A DNA stretch of 64,000 bases, from the NCBI GenBank assembly GCA_026004215.1, contig BPIR01000001.1:1543860-1607859 (forward strand), in the 5' to 3' direction. The notes beneath the pieces are model-generated. The model was not told the origin of the DNA. It searched no databases and worked only from the letters and a program-made list of their open reading frames with translations. The stretch is from Candidatus Binatia bacterium. Its GTDB lineage: Bacteria; Desulfobacterota; Binatia; HRBIN30. Position 1 is the first letter of the stretch, and each line of letters starts with the position of its first letter. Positions 34,299 through 43,223 of the stretch are shown here, one piece after another. The translations under genes were made by a program, and so were the position numbers.

Positions 34299-36326
34299 TT
34301 ACAGATCGTTGTCGTCTTGCAAGTCAATCACCCATGGCAGCGTGTTGTTCGCCATGTTGCCGTCGGGGTTCTGGCCCGACACGGTAATTCTTGCCGTACA
34401 CCGCACCGGCGAGCGGGGAAACACCGAATACACCATTTCTTTGCTGAAGGTGACCGGGATCTCTGCAGTGATGTTGCCGTTACTCGGCATAGCCACCCCA
34501 GAGAATGCGCGGCCAGCCTTCGGTACCAGTGCAGTCTGCACCAAGCCGTCCGGGCAGTCGCCTCGATCCACCGACACCGTGACCGTGTCGGCGGCTGCTC
34601 CGCTGCGGATTTTGACTCTTACGGTTTTTGTCACACCGGCCTTGGCTCTCGGCAGGCGCAGATCCAAGGGCTTGACCTGAGCGAGCGCTAGGCGAGCGGT
34701 TGGTTCGCGTGCGACCATGTCGTTCTCATCGATCACGTCGAGAGCAACGACAACGGCTTCGTTGCCAGGCACTGGGTCGATGTTGCGATCGGCGACAGCT
34801 TCAGCGGCGAATTCCAACTCGCACCGCGCCGGGTCGCTGGAACTCGACGAATCGAACGCACTCGCTTGTAAGCGAAGCCACACCGTGGCCTTTGCTTGCC
34901 CGCCGGGTGGAAGGTCCACCAAGTCCGGTGCGTCGGCAAACATGCCGAAATTCGGAGTGCCAACCGTGCCCGGCGGGCAAGTGCCGTCGCGCGCCACGAG
35001 CCGGAAGCGAGCCCGGTCGCCCCACGTGTCGCCGTGACGCAAGGAGACCGCAAGCGGCATGAACACCTCCGGCTTGCCGCGCCGGATGCGGGCCTTCGCG
35101 CGCGCCGGTGGCACCACGACAGCGTCGTGTAAACTGTCGCTCGCTGGGTAGATAAAGCTCACCGCTGCCAGATCGTCCGCTCGCAGCGCCGCACACCGCC
35201 CGTCGAAGTGCGCGAATGCGAACATCGTGGCGCGATTGTCGCCGGAATGGCCGATGCCGATGGTATGGCCCAGCTCGTGGGTGAGAACTTCCGCCACGTT
35301 GCAGGTATTCCAGAATGGGCACTGTCCCCAGCCGTTGTTGAACAAGATCTTCGCTGAAGTAATCCGCGAAAACGATACGCCGTTGACCGTCGAGGTTACG
35401 GACTGGTCCGAACAGTAACCACCGAGCGCGAGAATGCCGGTGCAAAACCACGGGTCCGAAATGACGTTGTCTGGATCGTCGAAGACGATTTGGGTCGGGC
35501 TCGCACAGTCGAATTTGCCCGGCGCCGTGTCCCCCGCATGGCGCAGCACAATGGTCGCGATGGCAGGATCCGACCACGCCGCCATGGCTGCAGCCACCGC
35601 GGCACTAGTTTGCTGTGGACCCAGTGCGGCGTCGCCACGAGCATCCACCAGGTAATCCACCGGCTCGCCGCGGTCTGCCTCGAACCACCGGCCGGTCCCA
35701 GACATCAACGCAAAAGGCGCCACGTACAGCTCGCCGGCTGCTTCGGGCTCCAATTGCAAGGGCGTTGCCCGCGGAGCGATTCGTCCGGACACGGCAGCGA
35801 GCACAGAGGAACGCAAGTTTTCCCAATCGTACACGGCACGCGCACTGACAGGCTTCAGGGAGCGTCCGTCCCATTCCAACGCGGTGGAGCCGTCCCCTAA
35901 GTCCCGCACTGCGAAGGGACGGCCTCCACCGGACACAATCGAGTACTTCCCCAAAGCTAGACTCGTCGTTGCCCACGTTCCGTTGCTGCGCCGACTCACG
36001 AAGGCCAGCACGTGCTCCCCCGGTCGATACGACGGCGTACCGAAAAACCGCGCCGCTACAGTGTCGGTCTCACCCCCCAACTCGACCAGTTCGAGAACTG
36101 CAGGGGGTGATCCCTTGAGAACCTCCAGCGGCTGAAGCCGAACGGCGGTGGAGACGATTTTCGAGGCAGGGTCGTAGCTGGGATGCGCGCTCTCGACGCG
36201 CGCGACCACGACTGCGTCGGCTTGATGCGCGAGTTGTTGCTCGTTGGCCAGGATAAATGTCGAAGCTCGCACGGCCACCGGCACGGCGCACGAGCACGCG
36301 AAAAGCAGGGATCTGCAAGTCCACAT
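34299..36326 (-). CDS. Secreted zinc metalloprotease (metzincin, HExxHxxGxxH)
   Basis: THELGHTIGIGHS motif, signal peptide MWTCRSLLFACSCAVPVAVRAS, and C-terminal beta-rich extension domains. Confidence 0.7.
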   Translation of the reverse strand: MWTCRSLLFACSCAVPVAVRASTFILANEQQLAHQADAVVVARVESAHPSYDPASKIVSTAVRLQPLEVLKGSPPAVLELVELGGETDTVAARFFGTPSYRPGEHVLAFVSRRSNGTWATTSLALGKYSIVSGGGRPFAVRDLGDGSTALEWDGRSLKPVSARAVYDWENLRSSVLAAVSGRIAPRATPLQLEPEAAGELYVAPFALMSGTGRWFEADRGEPVDYLVDARGDAALGPQQTSAAVAAAMAAWSDPAIATIVLRHAGDTAPGKFDCASPTQIVFDDPDNVISDPWFCTGILALGGYCSDQSVTSTVNGVSFSRITSAKILFNNGWGQCPFWNTCNVAEVLTHELGHTIGIGHSGDNRATMFAFAHFDGRCAALRADDLAAVSFIYPASDSLHDAVVVPPARAKARIRRGKPEVFMPLAVSLRHGDTWGDRARFRLVARDGTCPPGTVGTPNFGMFADAPDLVDLPPGGQAKATVWLRLQASAFDSSSSSDPARCELEFAAEAVADRNIDPVPGNEAVVVALDVIDENDMVAREPTARLALAQVKPLDLRLPRAKAGVTKTVRVKIRSGAAADTVTVSVDRGDCPDGLVQTALVPKAGRAFSGVAMPSNGNITAEIPVTFSKEMVYSVFPRSPVRCTARITVSGQNPDGNMANNTLPWVIDLQDDNDL

Positions 36327-36510
36327 GAATCTTGTCCTCCACGAGGACAAGCTCTGCGACTCGCGTGCCAACAGGTTTTTCGGAAAGCGAAAGGAGTCTG
36401 GAAAAGGCCGGACACGTCATCCAAATGACGAACTCGCAGGAACGCCAAAACGGCCGGCGCGGCTCACAAGAGAATGCCGCAAGTGCTTTGCGCAGTGGCG
36501 TTGAGAGAGC

Positions 36511-37923
36511 TCAACGCCACTGCGCGCCGCCCAGCCGTACCAACTCCGCGTGGATGTCGTACAACGTTCGAGCGACGTCGCGGCGCCGATCGAGGGACCG
36601 AGGAATCCCGCCCGCATTTGCGTAGCGTTCGATGTCCTGCAAACCAGGCACGTCGCGAGCCGTGGCCCCCAGCGCCACACACTCTGGAGGCGCTTCACGG
36701 TCCACCGTGATCACGGGCAGTTGCGGGAAGGGACGCGGATCGTCCCTCTCCAACCGCGACCGGTCGAAGGCATCCAGGAAGATATTGGCGTTGCGGTCGC
36801 GCATCGTCAGCGGAGGAAGACGAAATAGAAATTCTAGGAAAGCCGGGTAGGAGCTGTGTTCATACAAGGTGGACGACACAAAGCCCCTCTTCGCCCAAGG
36901 CGACACCACGAACGCCGGCACCCGAGGTCCGAGGGCCCCGAAACCCTCTTGGGAGCGCTCGTCGGGCACGGTCGGCGGGGGCACGTGGTCGAAAAATCCA
37001 CCGTGTTCGTCGTAGGTGAGAATGAACGCGCTCCGGCGCCACTGGGGGCTCGCACCGAGCGCACGAATCACAGCGGCCACGAAGGCCTGGCCGAGCTGGA
37101 TGTCGTGCGGGGGATGATCGTCGTTGATTCCGAAGCCAGGCTCTACCACGCAGACGGGAGGCAAGGTTCCGGCACGGGCATCTTCGAAAAAGGCCTGGAT
37201 GGGAAGCAACCGCGAGGTTTGCGATCGCAAACTCGCCCACAAGGCCAAGAACGGTAGATCGGTGTAGTAGTACTTCCACTCGATCCCCGCGCTGTTCAGG
37301 ACGTCGTAAATCGTCCGGAACCGAAACCCGGGTGGCGCCGGGAAGTCGTTGTTCTTGCGCCCATCCGATTGTGCCGCGTGGAGGTACATACGATTGGGCC
37401 ATGTCGGGCCGCGGACGGAACAAAACCAGCGCTGGCACAAAACGAACTCATCGGCGAGCGCGTAATAAATGGGTAACTGCTGCCGCTGATAGTACCCCAT
37501 GACTTGATCGCCATGTGCGGGGCCGACTGCCGCCCAGTGTTCGCGCACGAATCCGTCCATCCGCCCGTCGTCCACCTGGCGAAAACTCGCATCCCAGCCG
37601 TGGGGTGGATCCTCCACACATCGGTCGGACATGGGGAACACCCGCACCATGGAGCCATCCGGACGGGGATTGGCAAAGGAGGCCTGCAGGCCATCCACCG
37701 CTCTGCCCTCGTGCAACGAAAGGGACCCCAGGAAGTGGTCGAAGGTGCGATTCTCCATCATCACCAGGACCACGGTGTCTACCTTCAGGTCTTCTGGAGT
37801 CAGGGGGGGCAAGCCACCTCCGCCACCACCTTCTCCGTCGTCTCCGCAGCTACTGAGCCACGGAGCCAATGCCACCGCCCCAGCCGCAGCGCCAATGTGT
37901 TTCAAGGCCTCGCGTCGGGTCAC
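36511..37923 (-). CDS. Phosphoesterase-family (phospholipase C/acid phosphatase-like) lipoprotein, Tat-secreted
   Basis: GTG start gives VTRREALKHIGAAAGAVALAPWLSSCG (twin-arginine plus lipobox). Phosphoesterase block VVLVMMENRTFDHFLG...YDEHGGFFDHV. Confidence 0.75.
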   Translation of the reverse strand: MTRREALKHIGAAAGAVALAPWLSSCGDDGEGGGGGGLPPLTPEDLKVDTVVLVMMENRTFDHFLGSLSLHEGRAVDGLQASFANPRPDGSMVRVFPMSDRCVEDPPHGWDASFRQVDDGRMDGFVREHWAAVGPAHGDQVMGYYQRQQLPIYYALADEFVLCQRWFCSVRGPTWPNRMYLHAAQSDGRKNNDFPAPPGFRFRTIYDVLNSAGIEWKYYYTDLPFLALWASLRSQTSRLLPIQAFFEDARAGTLPPVCVVEPGFGINDDHPPHDIQLGQAFVAAVIRALGASPQWRRSAFILTYDEHGGFFDHVPPPTVPDERSQEGFGALGPRVPAFVVSPWAKRGFVSSTLYEHSSYPAFLEFLFRLPPLTMRDRNANIFLDAFDRSRLERDDPRPFPQLPVITVDREAPPECVALGATARDVPGLQDIERYANAGGIPRSLDRRRDVARTLYDIHAELVRLGGAQWR

Positions 37924-38275
37924 CGAAGCTAGGACCGGCGCGTGTGCCGATTTTCTGCGAGCTCGCTTGTTTCCACGCTCCACTGGATGCCACCTCGACT
38001 GGCGCGCATTGGTGGCGCAAAATTGCTGAACGCGCAATATGTTCCCTGCCCCGAGGCACAAAATTTCTCCGTACTTTAACAGCGTGGCGCCGACGTTCTT
38101 CTCGCGCAAAAAGCGGCGACCAGGCCGTGCGGGCGCGAGGCCGATGGCGCAAACGCTATGCGCCCGATGCGCCCCCAACGACCGCAAGCCTCGTCTCGTC
38201 AGGCTCCCAGGAGCCCGCTGGTCACGCGTTCTTCTTCGGCCCGATGCACGAGAACTCTTGACACTTCACCGAGCT

Positions 38276-38671
38276 TCAGTCACTCGGCCTCGAACCTGGC
38301 TGAAGTTCGAGCCAGCGGGTTCGCTGTGTCGGATCCAGCACACGTAGCGCGTCGCGATCCGCGAGCACCCGTAGGCCTCCGCGCTCCTGCGCGAGCTTGG
38401 CCCACTCACTGCGCTCGCTCACCGTTGCCGCCGCTTCTCGATCCGCCATGCGTCGCGACAGCTCTCGCCACGAGCTCTGCGCCCGTTCGAGCAACAGTTG
38501 CAATTTCGCACGCTGCTCAGCGGAGAGCTGCAACGGCTCCGCCTGTTCCAGGAGAGTCGCAGCGAGCCAGTCTGGCTCTTTTGGCCCCGTTGCATCCCTG
38601 CCGCCGGCGGCGGTCACGCAAACAAGCAGCCACACGCCCAGCGGCGCGGTCCATCGAGCGATTCCCCGCAT
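38276..38671 (-). CDS. Periplasmic Spy/CpxP-family (LTxxQ-like) protein
   Basis: Signal peptide; helical repeats with LSAEQRAKLQLL and LDPTQRTRWLEL resemble the LTxxQ repeats of CpxP and Spy. Confidence 0.55.
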   Translation of the reverse strand: MRGIARWTAPLGVWLLVCVTAAGGRDATGPKEPDWLAATLLEQAEPLQLSAEQRAKLQLLLERAQSSWRELSRRMADREAAATVSERSEWAKLAQERGGLRVLADRDALRVLDPTQRTRWLELQPGSRPSD

Positions 38672-38690
38672 CGGCCCGGAGCCCGAGCGC

Positions 38691-39302
38691 TCAGTGCTTC
38701 CCTGGGGCCAACGGCACTCCCTTGCGGGTCGAAATGATGTAGGCCTCCAGCGCCTTCATCTTCTCGTCGTTCTCGGCCAAGGGCGGGCCCTCCATGGGAT
38801 TTTCGATGCACCAGTTGATCATGTCGCGCAGCAAGGCGATGCGTTTGAGCTGGGTTTGGAACTTCGGGTACGTTTCTGGATGAGTATTGCTGGCGTCCGG
38901 ATGGCACATGTCGCACGAGATGCCGTTGGTTCCCAACTCAGGGGAGTGGAACAACTTATAGCCCTCGTCAATCGTACGTTTGAGTTCGGCCTCCCAGACA
39001 CGCATTTCTCTTTCCGTATGGGGGGCGCCTCCGTGGGCCAGTTGGGTTTTCTGCTCGTACTGGCGCATGAGCTCCCCGGCCACCTCGCGCGCTTGTTGCT
39101 GGGAAAGGCGCTCGCCCGGAGCCACGCCCGGCACGACCACGCTGGTTTCGCCGTCGCACAGCCCGACGACCTTGCTTTTTCCATCGGGGGGAGGTGGCAA
39201 GGCGTGTTTCAACGGCTCGCGGGCTCCTGCCCGCAATGCCAGCACTGCTGCACCCGACGCGGCCAACGCCGCCATCCAAACACCTTTAGCTCGCAACATC
39301 AT
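38691..39302 (-). CDS. Mono-haem c-type cytochrome (SoxX-like)
   Basis: Signal peptide MMLRAKGVWMAALAASGAAVLA and a single CDMCH haem-binding motif. Confidence 0.6.
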   Translation of the reverse strand: MMLRAKGVWMAALAASGAAVLALRAGAREPLKHALPPPPDGKSKVVGLCDGETSVVVPGVAPGERLSQQQAREVAGELMRQYEQKTQLAHGGAPHTEREMRVWEAELKRTIDEGYKLFHSPELGTNGISCDMCHPDASNTHPETYPKFQTQLKRIALLRDMINWCIENPMEGPPLAENDEKMKALEAYIISTRKGVPLAPGKH

Positions 39303-39328
39303 GGTCTCACCTCCACGTTCCCGAGCGG

Positions 39329-40483
39329 TCAGTACGAGGGCCAATCCACCCGGCCCTGAAAGGCCTTCGCCAGCTCCGCCATCCCTTGTTTGCCGCGGCG
39401 AACGTGATCGAAGGTCACAGTCATCGGGTTACGATCCCACAACACGTAATGTTTATCGGCCTGGCCATCGGCGCGCATGGAGACGCTACCCCAGCCGCAA
39501 CCGTCGAACTGATTGAACGGGTCGGCGCGCACCATTTGTACGGTCAGTTCGGGAATTCCCTGGGGCGCATACGGCCAAGGCCAGGCCGTCGACAGCACGC
39601 CGTGAAAGGTGATGTTGCGCAGCCGGTGTGTGAGCACTTGGTGTGTGTGGGCGTGGATCACAGTCACCGTTTCGAAGGGGGCGAGGAGCTTGTGGACCTC
39701 TTCGGCGTCTTCGGTCCAAAAGTTCCACGGCCGGTAATACTTGTAGAGGGGAGAGTGGGAGAAAATCACGATCGGCGTCTTTTTATTCACTTTGGCCAGA
39801 TCTTGGCGGAGCCAATCGCGCTGTTCTTCTCCCACCATAAACGGCCGGCCGTTGGGGTTATCCAATTGCGCCATGGCCAACATGCGCTCCATGGGGGTCA
39901 TTTTGGGCTCGGTCCAGTAGTCCTCCACGATGACCGAGTTGAGCACGATAAAGTGGACGCCCTTGTGATCGAAGGAGTACGTGGGTTCGCCAAACATCTC
40001 GCGCCACTTCTCGCCCATGTCGAGATACCAATCGTGCTCGCCGACCATCATTTTGACCGGGGCCTTGAGTTGATCGAGGATCTGCTTGCCGATCGTGAGT
40101 TCCTCGGCCTTGCCGAGTTGGGCCAAGTCGCCGCCGAACAGGACAAAGTCCGGTTGTGGATCGAGCGCGTTGACGTCGTCTACCGCCTTCTGGCAAGCTC
40201 GCACGAACCTGTGATTCAGGCCTTTATCCAGGATGTGCGTGTCGGAAACGTAGGCAAAGGTAAATTTCGGCTCGGCCTCTTTGGCTTCCGCGACTCGGAT
40301 GAGCTGAAACGAGTGCGGCGGGAAGCCTTTCCAAAAGGCTGTAGCCACCGCCGCCGCTTTGGCGGCCGTCTTGAAAAAATCGCGCCGGCTGAGCTTCGGC
40401 AACTCTTGAAAAAAGCGCTCGCGCTCCGCCAGGTACTCTTGTTTCTTGCGTTCCAAAGGCAGAGTGTATTTTGGCATTGCCAT
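39329..40483 (-). CDS. Tat-exported calcineurin-like metallophosphoesterase
   Basis: Tat motif SRRDFFKTAAKAAAV. MPE motifs (AYVSDTHI, GGDL, ...NS..., GEHDWY, VIHAHTH). The ATG at 40483 has a GGAGGG RBS. Confidence 0.8.
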   Translation of the reverse strand: MAMPKYTLPLERKKQEYLAERERFFQELPKLSRRDFFKTAAKAAAVATAFWKGFPPHSFQLIRVAEAKEAEPKFTFAYVSDTHILDKGLNHRFVRACQKAVDDVNALDPQPDFVLFGGDLAQLGKAEELTIGKQILDQLKAPVKMMVGEHDWYLDMGEKWREMFGEPTYSFDHKGVHFIVLNSVIVEDYWTEPKMTPMERMLAMAQLDNPNGRPFMVGEEQRDWLRQDLAKVNKKTPIVIFSHSPLYKYYRPWNFWTEDAEEVHKLLAPFETVTVIHAHTHQVLTHRLRNITFHGVLSTAWPWPYAPQGIPELTVQMVRADPFNQFDGCGWGSVSMRADGQADKHYVLWDRNPMTVTFDHVRRGKQGMAELAKAFQGRVDWPSY

Positions 40484-40506
40484 CCCTCCTTTTGCCGCAG
40501 TTCTCC

Positions 40507-41646
40507 TTACGGGGCTGGCGCGGCCACCAGTTCCCCGGCGCGCGTTTTGCGCGACAGTTCTTTCAACTCCTCCCAGTCGAAATTCTTCCCGCCCGATTCG
40601 TCCGTCAGCGACTTCATGAACTCGATAATGTCGGCGATTTCCTCCTTGGTCAGATTGAGGGGGCGCATCCCGCCATCGAGGTTCGGATTCGGTTCGCCGC
40701 CGCGGTTGTAAAAATCCATGACTTCTTCGAGCGTTTTGAGGCTGCCGTCGTGCATGTAGGGCGCGGTGAGAGCGACATTCCGCAGGCCGGACGTCTTGAA
40801 TGCCCCAATGTCTTTGGGCTCGCGCGTCACAATCCACCGCCCCAGCGCCTCTACCCCCGGCTTGTGGGCAAGGGCGGACTCCGCCTCTTTGTTGCCCTTT
40901 GCCTGTATGGCTTGCGCTTCGCGCGCCAGCGCTTCGAAGTTCCCCTTCATGGCCACACCGATGTTGTGAAACTTGTTGTCCGTAAAAAACGGAAACGAGG
41001 CGTTGAACTCGTGGCAGGTCACGCAGCGGGCTTTGCCCAAGAACAGTTGGAAACCCCGTTTCGCCGCGTCGCTCAAGGCTGTTTTTTCGCCTGCGAGGAA
41101 GCGATCGAACGGCGAGGAAAATGGCGCCAGGGTGCGCTCGAACGTGGCAATGGCTTGAACGATGCGGTCGATGGTAATTTGTGGCGACCCGAAGGCTTGC
41201 TGAAAGAGAGGCGGGTACTCGGGCTGGCTTGCCACAGCCTTGACTACGGCATCGTGGGAAGGCTGGCCCATCTCTACCGGGTTGATCAGCGGCTGCTTGG
41301 CCTGCTCCTCCAGTGTGGGAGCGCGGCCGTCCCAGAACTGCACTTCACTGAATCCAGTGTACAGCACCGTCGGCGAGTTGCGTGCCCCGGCCTGCCCGCG
41401 AATACCCACGGCCACAGCCTTTCCGTCCGCAAACCCGTGCAACGGGTCGTGACACGTGGCGCAAGACACGGTTCCGTCGGCGGACAGGCGTTTGTCGAAG
41501 TACAGCTTCTTCCCCAGCGCAACCTTCTCCGCGGTCAGGGGATTGTCTGGCGGAATCAACGGTTCCAACACGCCCTTCGGCAAATATAGGGCGAATGCCC
41601 CCAGCACCGTGGCCAATGAGCGCTTTGTCGCTGCCTTAAATCCCAT
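40507..41646 (-). CDS. Di-haem cytochrome c peroxidase
   Basis: Two CxxCH motifs (CATCHD, CVTCHE) and the conserved RNVALTAPYMHDGSLKTLEEV block; signal peptide. Confidence 0.9.
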   Translation of the reverse strand: MGFKAATKRSLATVLGAFALYLPKGVLEPLIPPDNPLTAEKVALGKKLYFDKRLSADGTVSCATCHDPLHGFADGKAVAVGIRGQAGARNSPTVLYTGFSEVQFWDGRAPTLEEQAKQPLINPVEMGQPSHDAVVKAVASQPEYPPLFQQAFGSPQITIDRIVQAIATFERTLAPFSSPFDRFLAGEKTALSDAAKRGFQLFLGKARCVTCHEFNASFPFFTDNKFHNIGVAMKGNFEALAREAQAIQAKGNKEAESALAHKPGVEALGRWIVTREPKDIGAFKTSGLRNVALTAPYMHDGSLKTLEEVMDFYNRGGEPNPNLDGGMRPLNLTKEEIADIIEFMKSLTDESGGKNFDWEELKELSRKTRAGELVAAPAP

Positions 41647-42460
41647 CGTTTCCCCTCCCCTCCGTGGCACCCAGCCTTCCAGGAAAATCCGCCAGACGAT
41701 CGCTGCGAACACCACTGTGACAGGTGCCGCACGCTTGCGCGCCGTCGTGCGTTCCTCGGCTGACCAGCACATACGACAGCGGCCCGTGGTTCCAGGAGAT
41801 CAACTTCTGGTTTCCGCGGGCATACCTGAGAAAACCCGCTGCGTCCGCTTCGCGGCGCGGCCGTTTTGGCTCCGACTGCCTCGCTGCAATGAGGAGTAAG
41901 GCCGGACCATTCTCCGACCGGTACACCACCACACCGAATTGATCGCCCCCATCCTTCACAACTTTGACCCCAACGGGTGTGAAACCGTGCGGCGCCCGAA
42001 GCGCGCCCGGCGGATAAAATGCGAGCTGCCGAGCCAGCCACTCATCGAGGGCCGAAGCCTCGTCCGCCCGCGCCGATAGGACCAAGCGGCCGCGCACCCA
42101 CTCGTCGTACAGTTCCGCCGCCACTGCGACGCGGCGAGGCAAACTGGCCTCCGTACGAGTCAACTGAGTGGCAAACCACAGTAACAACCCGGCAGCCACC
42201 ACCGCGGTTGTGGCCGTCACCACCGGCCATAAACGACGCGGCCGCGCCAGTACGGCCCGGATCCGTCCTTCGAGTGTGGTAGGACACGGCGCCTGCGGGT
42301 AACATTGTCGCACCAGATCGGCGGACCACCGTTCCAGCTCCAAACTCCGCTTGCAACGTTCACAAGCTTGAATGTGTTCCTCGAGTTCGAGCGCGCGCTC
42401 GACACCGACTTCGTGATCCACATAGGCAGAAATGTATTTCCGGAAGTCTCTACACGTCAT
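41636..42460 (-). CDS. Anti-sigma factor (zf-HC2, single TM, periplasmic domain)
   Basis: [18 protein letters not shown]...HIQACERCKRSLE zinc-finger anti-sigma motif followed by a TM helix. The start overlaps the sigma gene stop by 4 nt. Confidence 0.65.
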   Translation of the reverse strand: MTCRDFRKYISAYVDHEVGVERALELEEHIQACERCKRSLELERWSADLVRQCYPQAPCPTTLEGRIRAVLARPRRLWPVVTATTAVVAAGLLLWFATQLTRTEASLPRRVAVAAELYDEWVRGRLVLSARADEASALDEWLARQLAFYPPGALRAPHGFTPVGVKVVKDGGDQFGVVVYRSENGPALLLIAARQSEPKRPRREADAAGFLRYARGNQKLISWNHGPLSYVLVSRGTHDGAQACGTCHSGVRSDRLADFPGRLGATEGRGNDGI

Positions 42461-43020
42461 TTTTGCTCGTTTCCTAGTTTGCGGGCTCGTGCAGGGGTCG
42501 CCTCTGCGAGCTGCCCGAGGAGCTGCGCGCGCAAAAGCGCGCGAGCGCGCGCCAGCCGGGACATCACGGTCCCCAAGGGGCACCCTAGAATCTGGGCCAC
42601 CTCTTTATAATTGAACCCTTCCACGTCGCGCAGGTACAGGGGCGAACGATAAGGCTCCGGTAAACTGGCCACCGCCTGCTGCACGCGTTGCGCCCACTCC
42701 CGCTCCAGGATTTGGCTTTCCGGGCCGGGAACGGGCTCTCTCGCGGTCCAGCCCGGAATCGTCCCCACACGTTCTTCCTGACGGGCACGTTGCCGCACGC
42801 CATCGATCCAAGTGTTGCGCAAGACCACAAACAACCAAGTGCGCACGGTTGCACGGTCCGCGATCTCTTGCCAGCGTTCGATGGCCTTGAGCACGGTGGT
42901 CTGCACCAAGTCATCGGCCTCACCGGGCCCAGCCAAGGCCAGGGCATAGTTATAAAGCGCATGAAGGTGCGGCAGAATTTTGCGCTCCAGCTCCTTTTCT
43001 TTTGCTCGCCGAAACACCAC
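42457..43020 (-). CDS. ECF-type RNA polymerase sigma factor
   Basis: Sigma-70 region 2 ([14 protein letters not shown]) and region 4 ([37 protein letters not shown]). Confidence 0.85.
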   Translation of the reverse strand: MVFRRAKEKELERKILPHLHALYNYALALAGPGEADDLVQTTVLKAIERWQEIADRATVRTWLFVVLRNTWIDGVRQRARQEERVGTIPGWTAREPVPGPESQILEREWAQRVQQAVASLPEPYRSPLYLRDVEGFNYKEVAQILGCPLGTVMSRLARARALLRAQLLGQLAEATPARARKLGNEQK

Positions 43021-43046
43021 GTCACCCCAATGAGGAAGGCACCCTT

Positions 43047-43076
43047 ACTACGAATCACCCCGCTCGTTTATTCCCT
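43047..43076 (-). promoter_or_regulatory. Candidate autoregulated ECF-type promoter (GGAAT-N17-CGTA)
   Basis: The minus strand reads GGGAATAAACGAGCGGGGTGATTCGTAGTA about 30 nt upstream of the sigma ATG. It fits the AAC/CGT class of ECF promoters. Judged by eye only. Confidence 0.25.
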
Positions 43077-43223
43077 GCCCCGCCAATTTTCCCCGGCCGT
43101 CCCCGAGGCTCCGCCGGTGGGGCGGCACGGCCTAGCCCCTCCGGCATAACGTGTTGCGGCTTTGCTCTTGTCAAACTGTTCAATTTCATAGTAGACACGT
43201 GCGCCCAGGGAGAGGAGGGAACC

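Noticed and set aside
38397-41589. Plus-strand ORFs of 320, 441 and 372 aa across the cytochrome, MPE and CCP operon
   Set aside because: All are antisense to genes with strong motifs (CxxCH, MPE signature, Tat signal). Their translations are His/Arg/Leu-biased without domains.
43170-43223. Sigma-70 or ECF promoter for the giant gene (TTGTCA...TAGTAG)
   Set aside because: Hexamers and spacing are too weak and ambiguous to call. Only the GGAGGG RBS is convincing.
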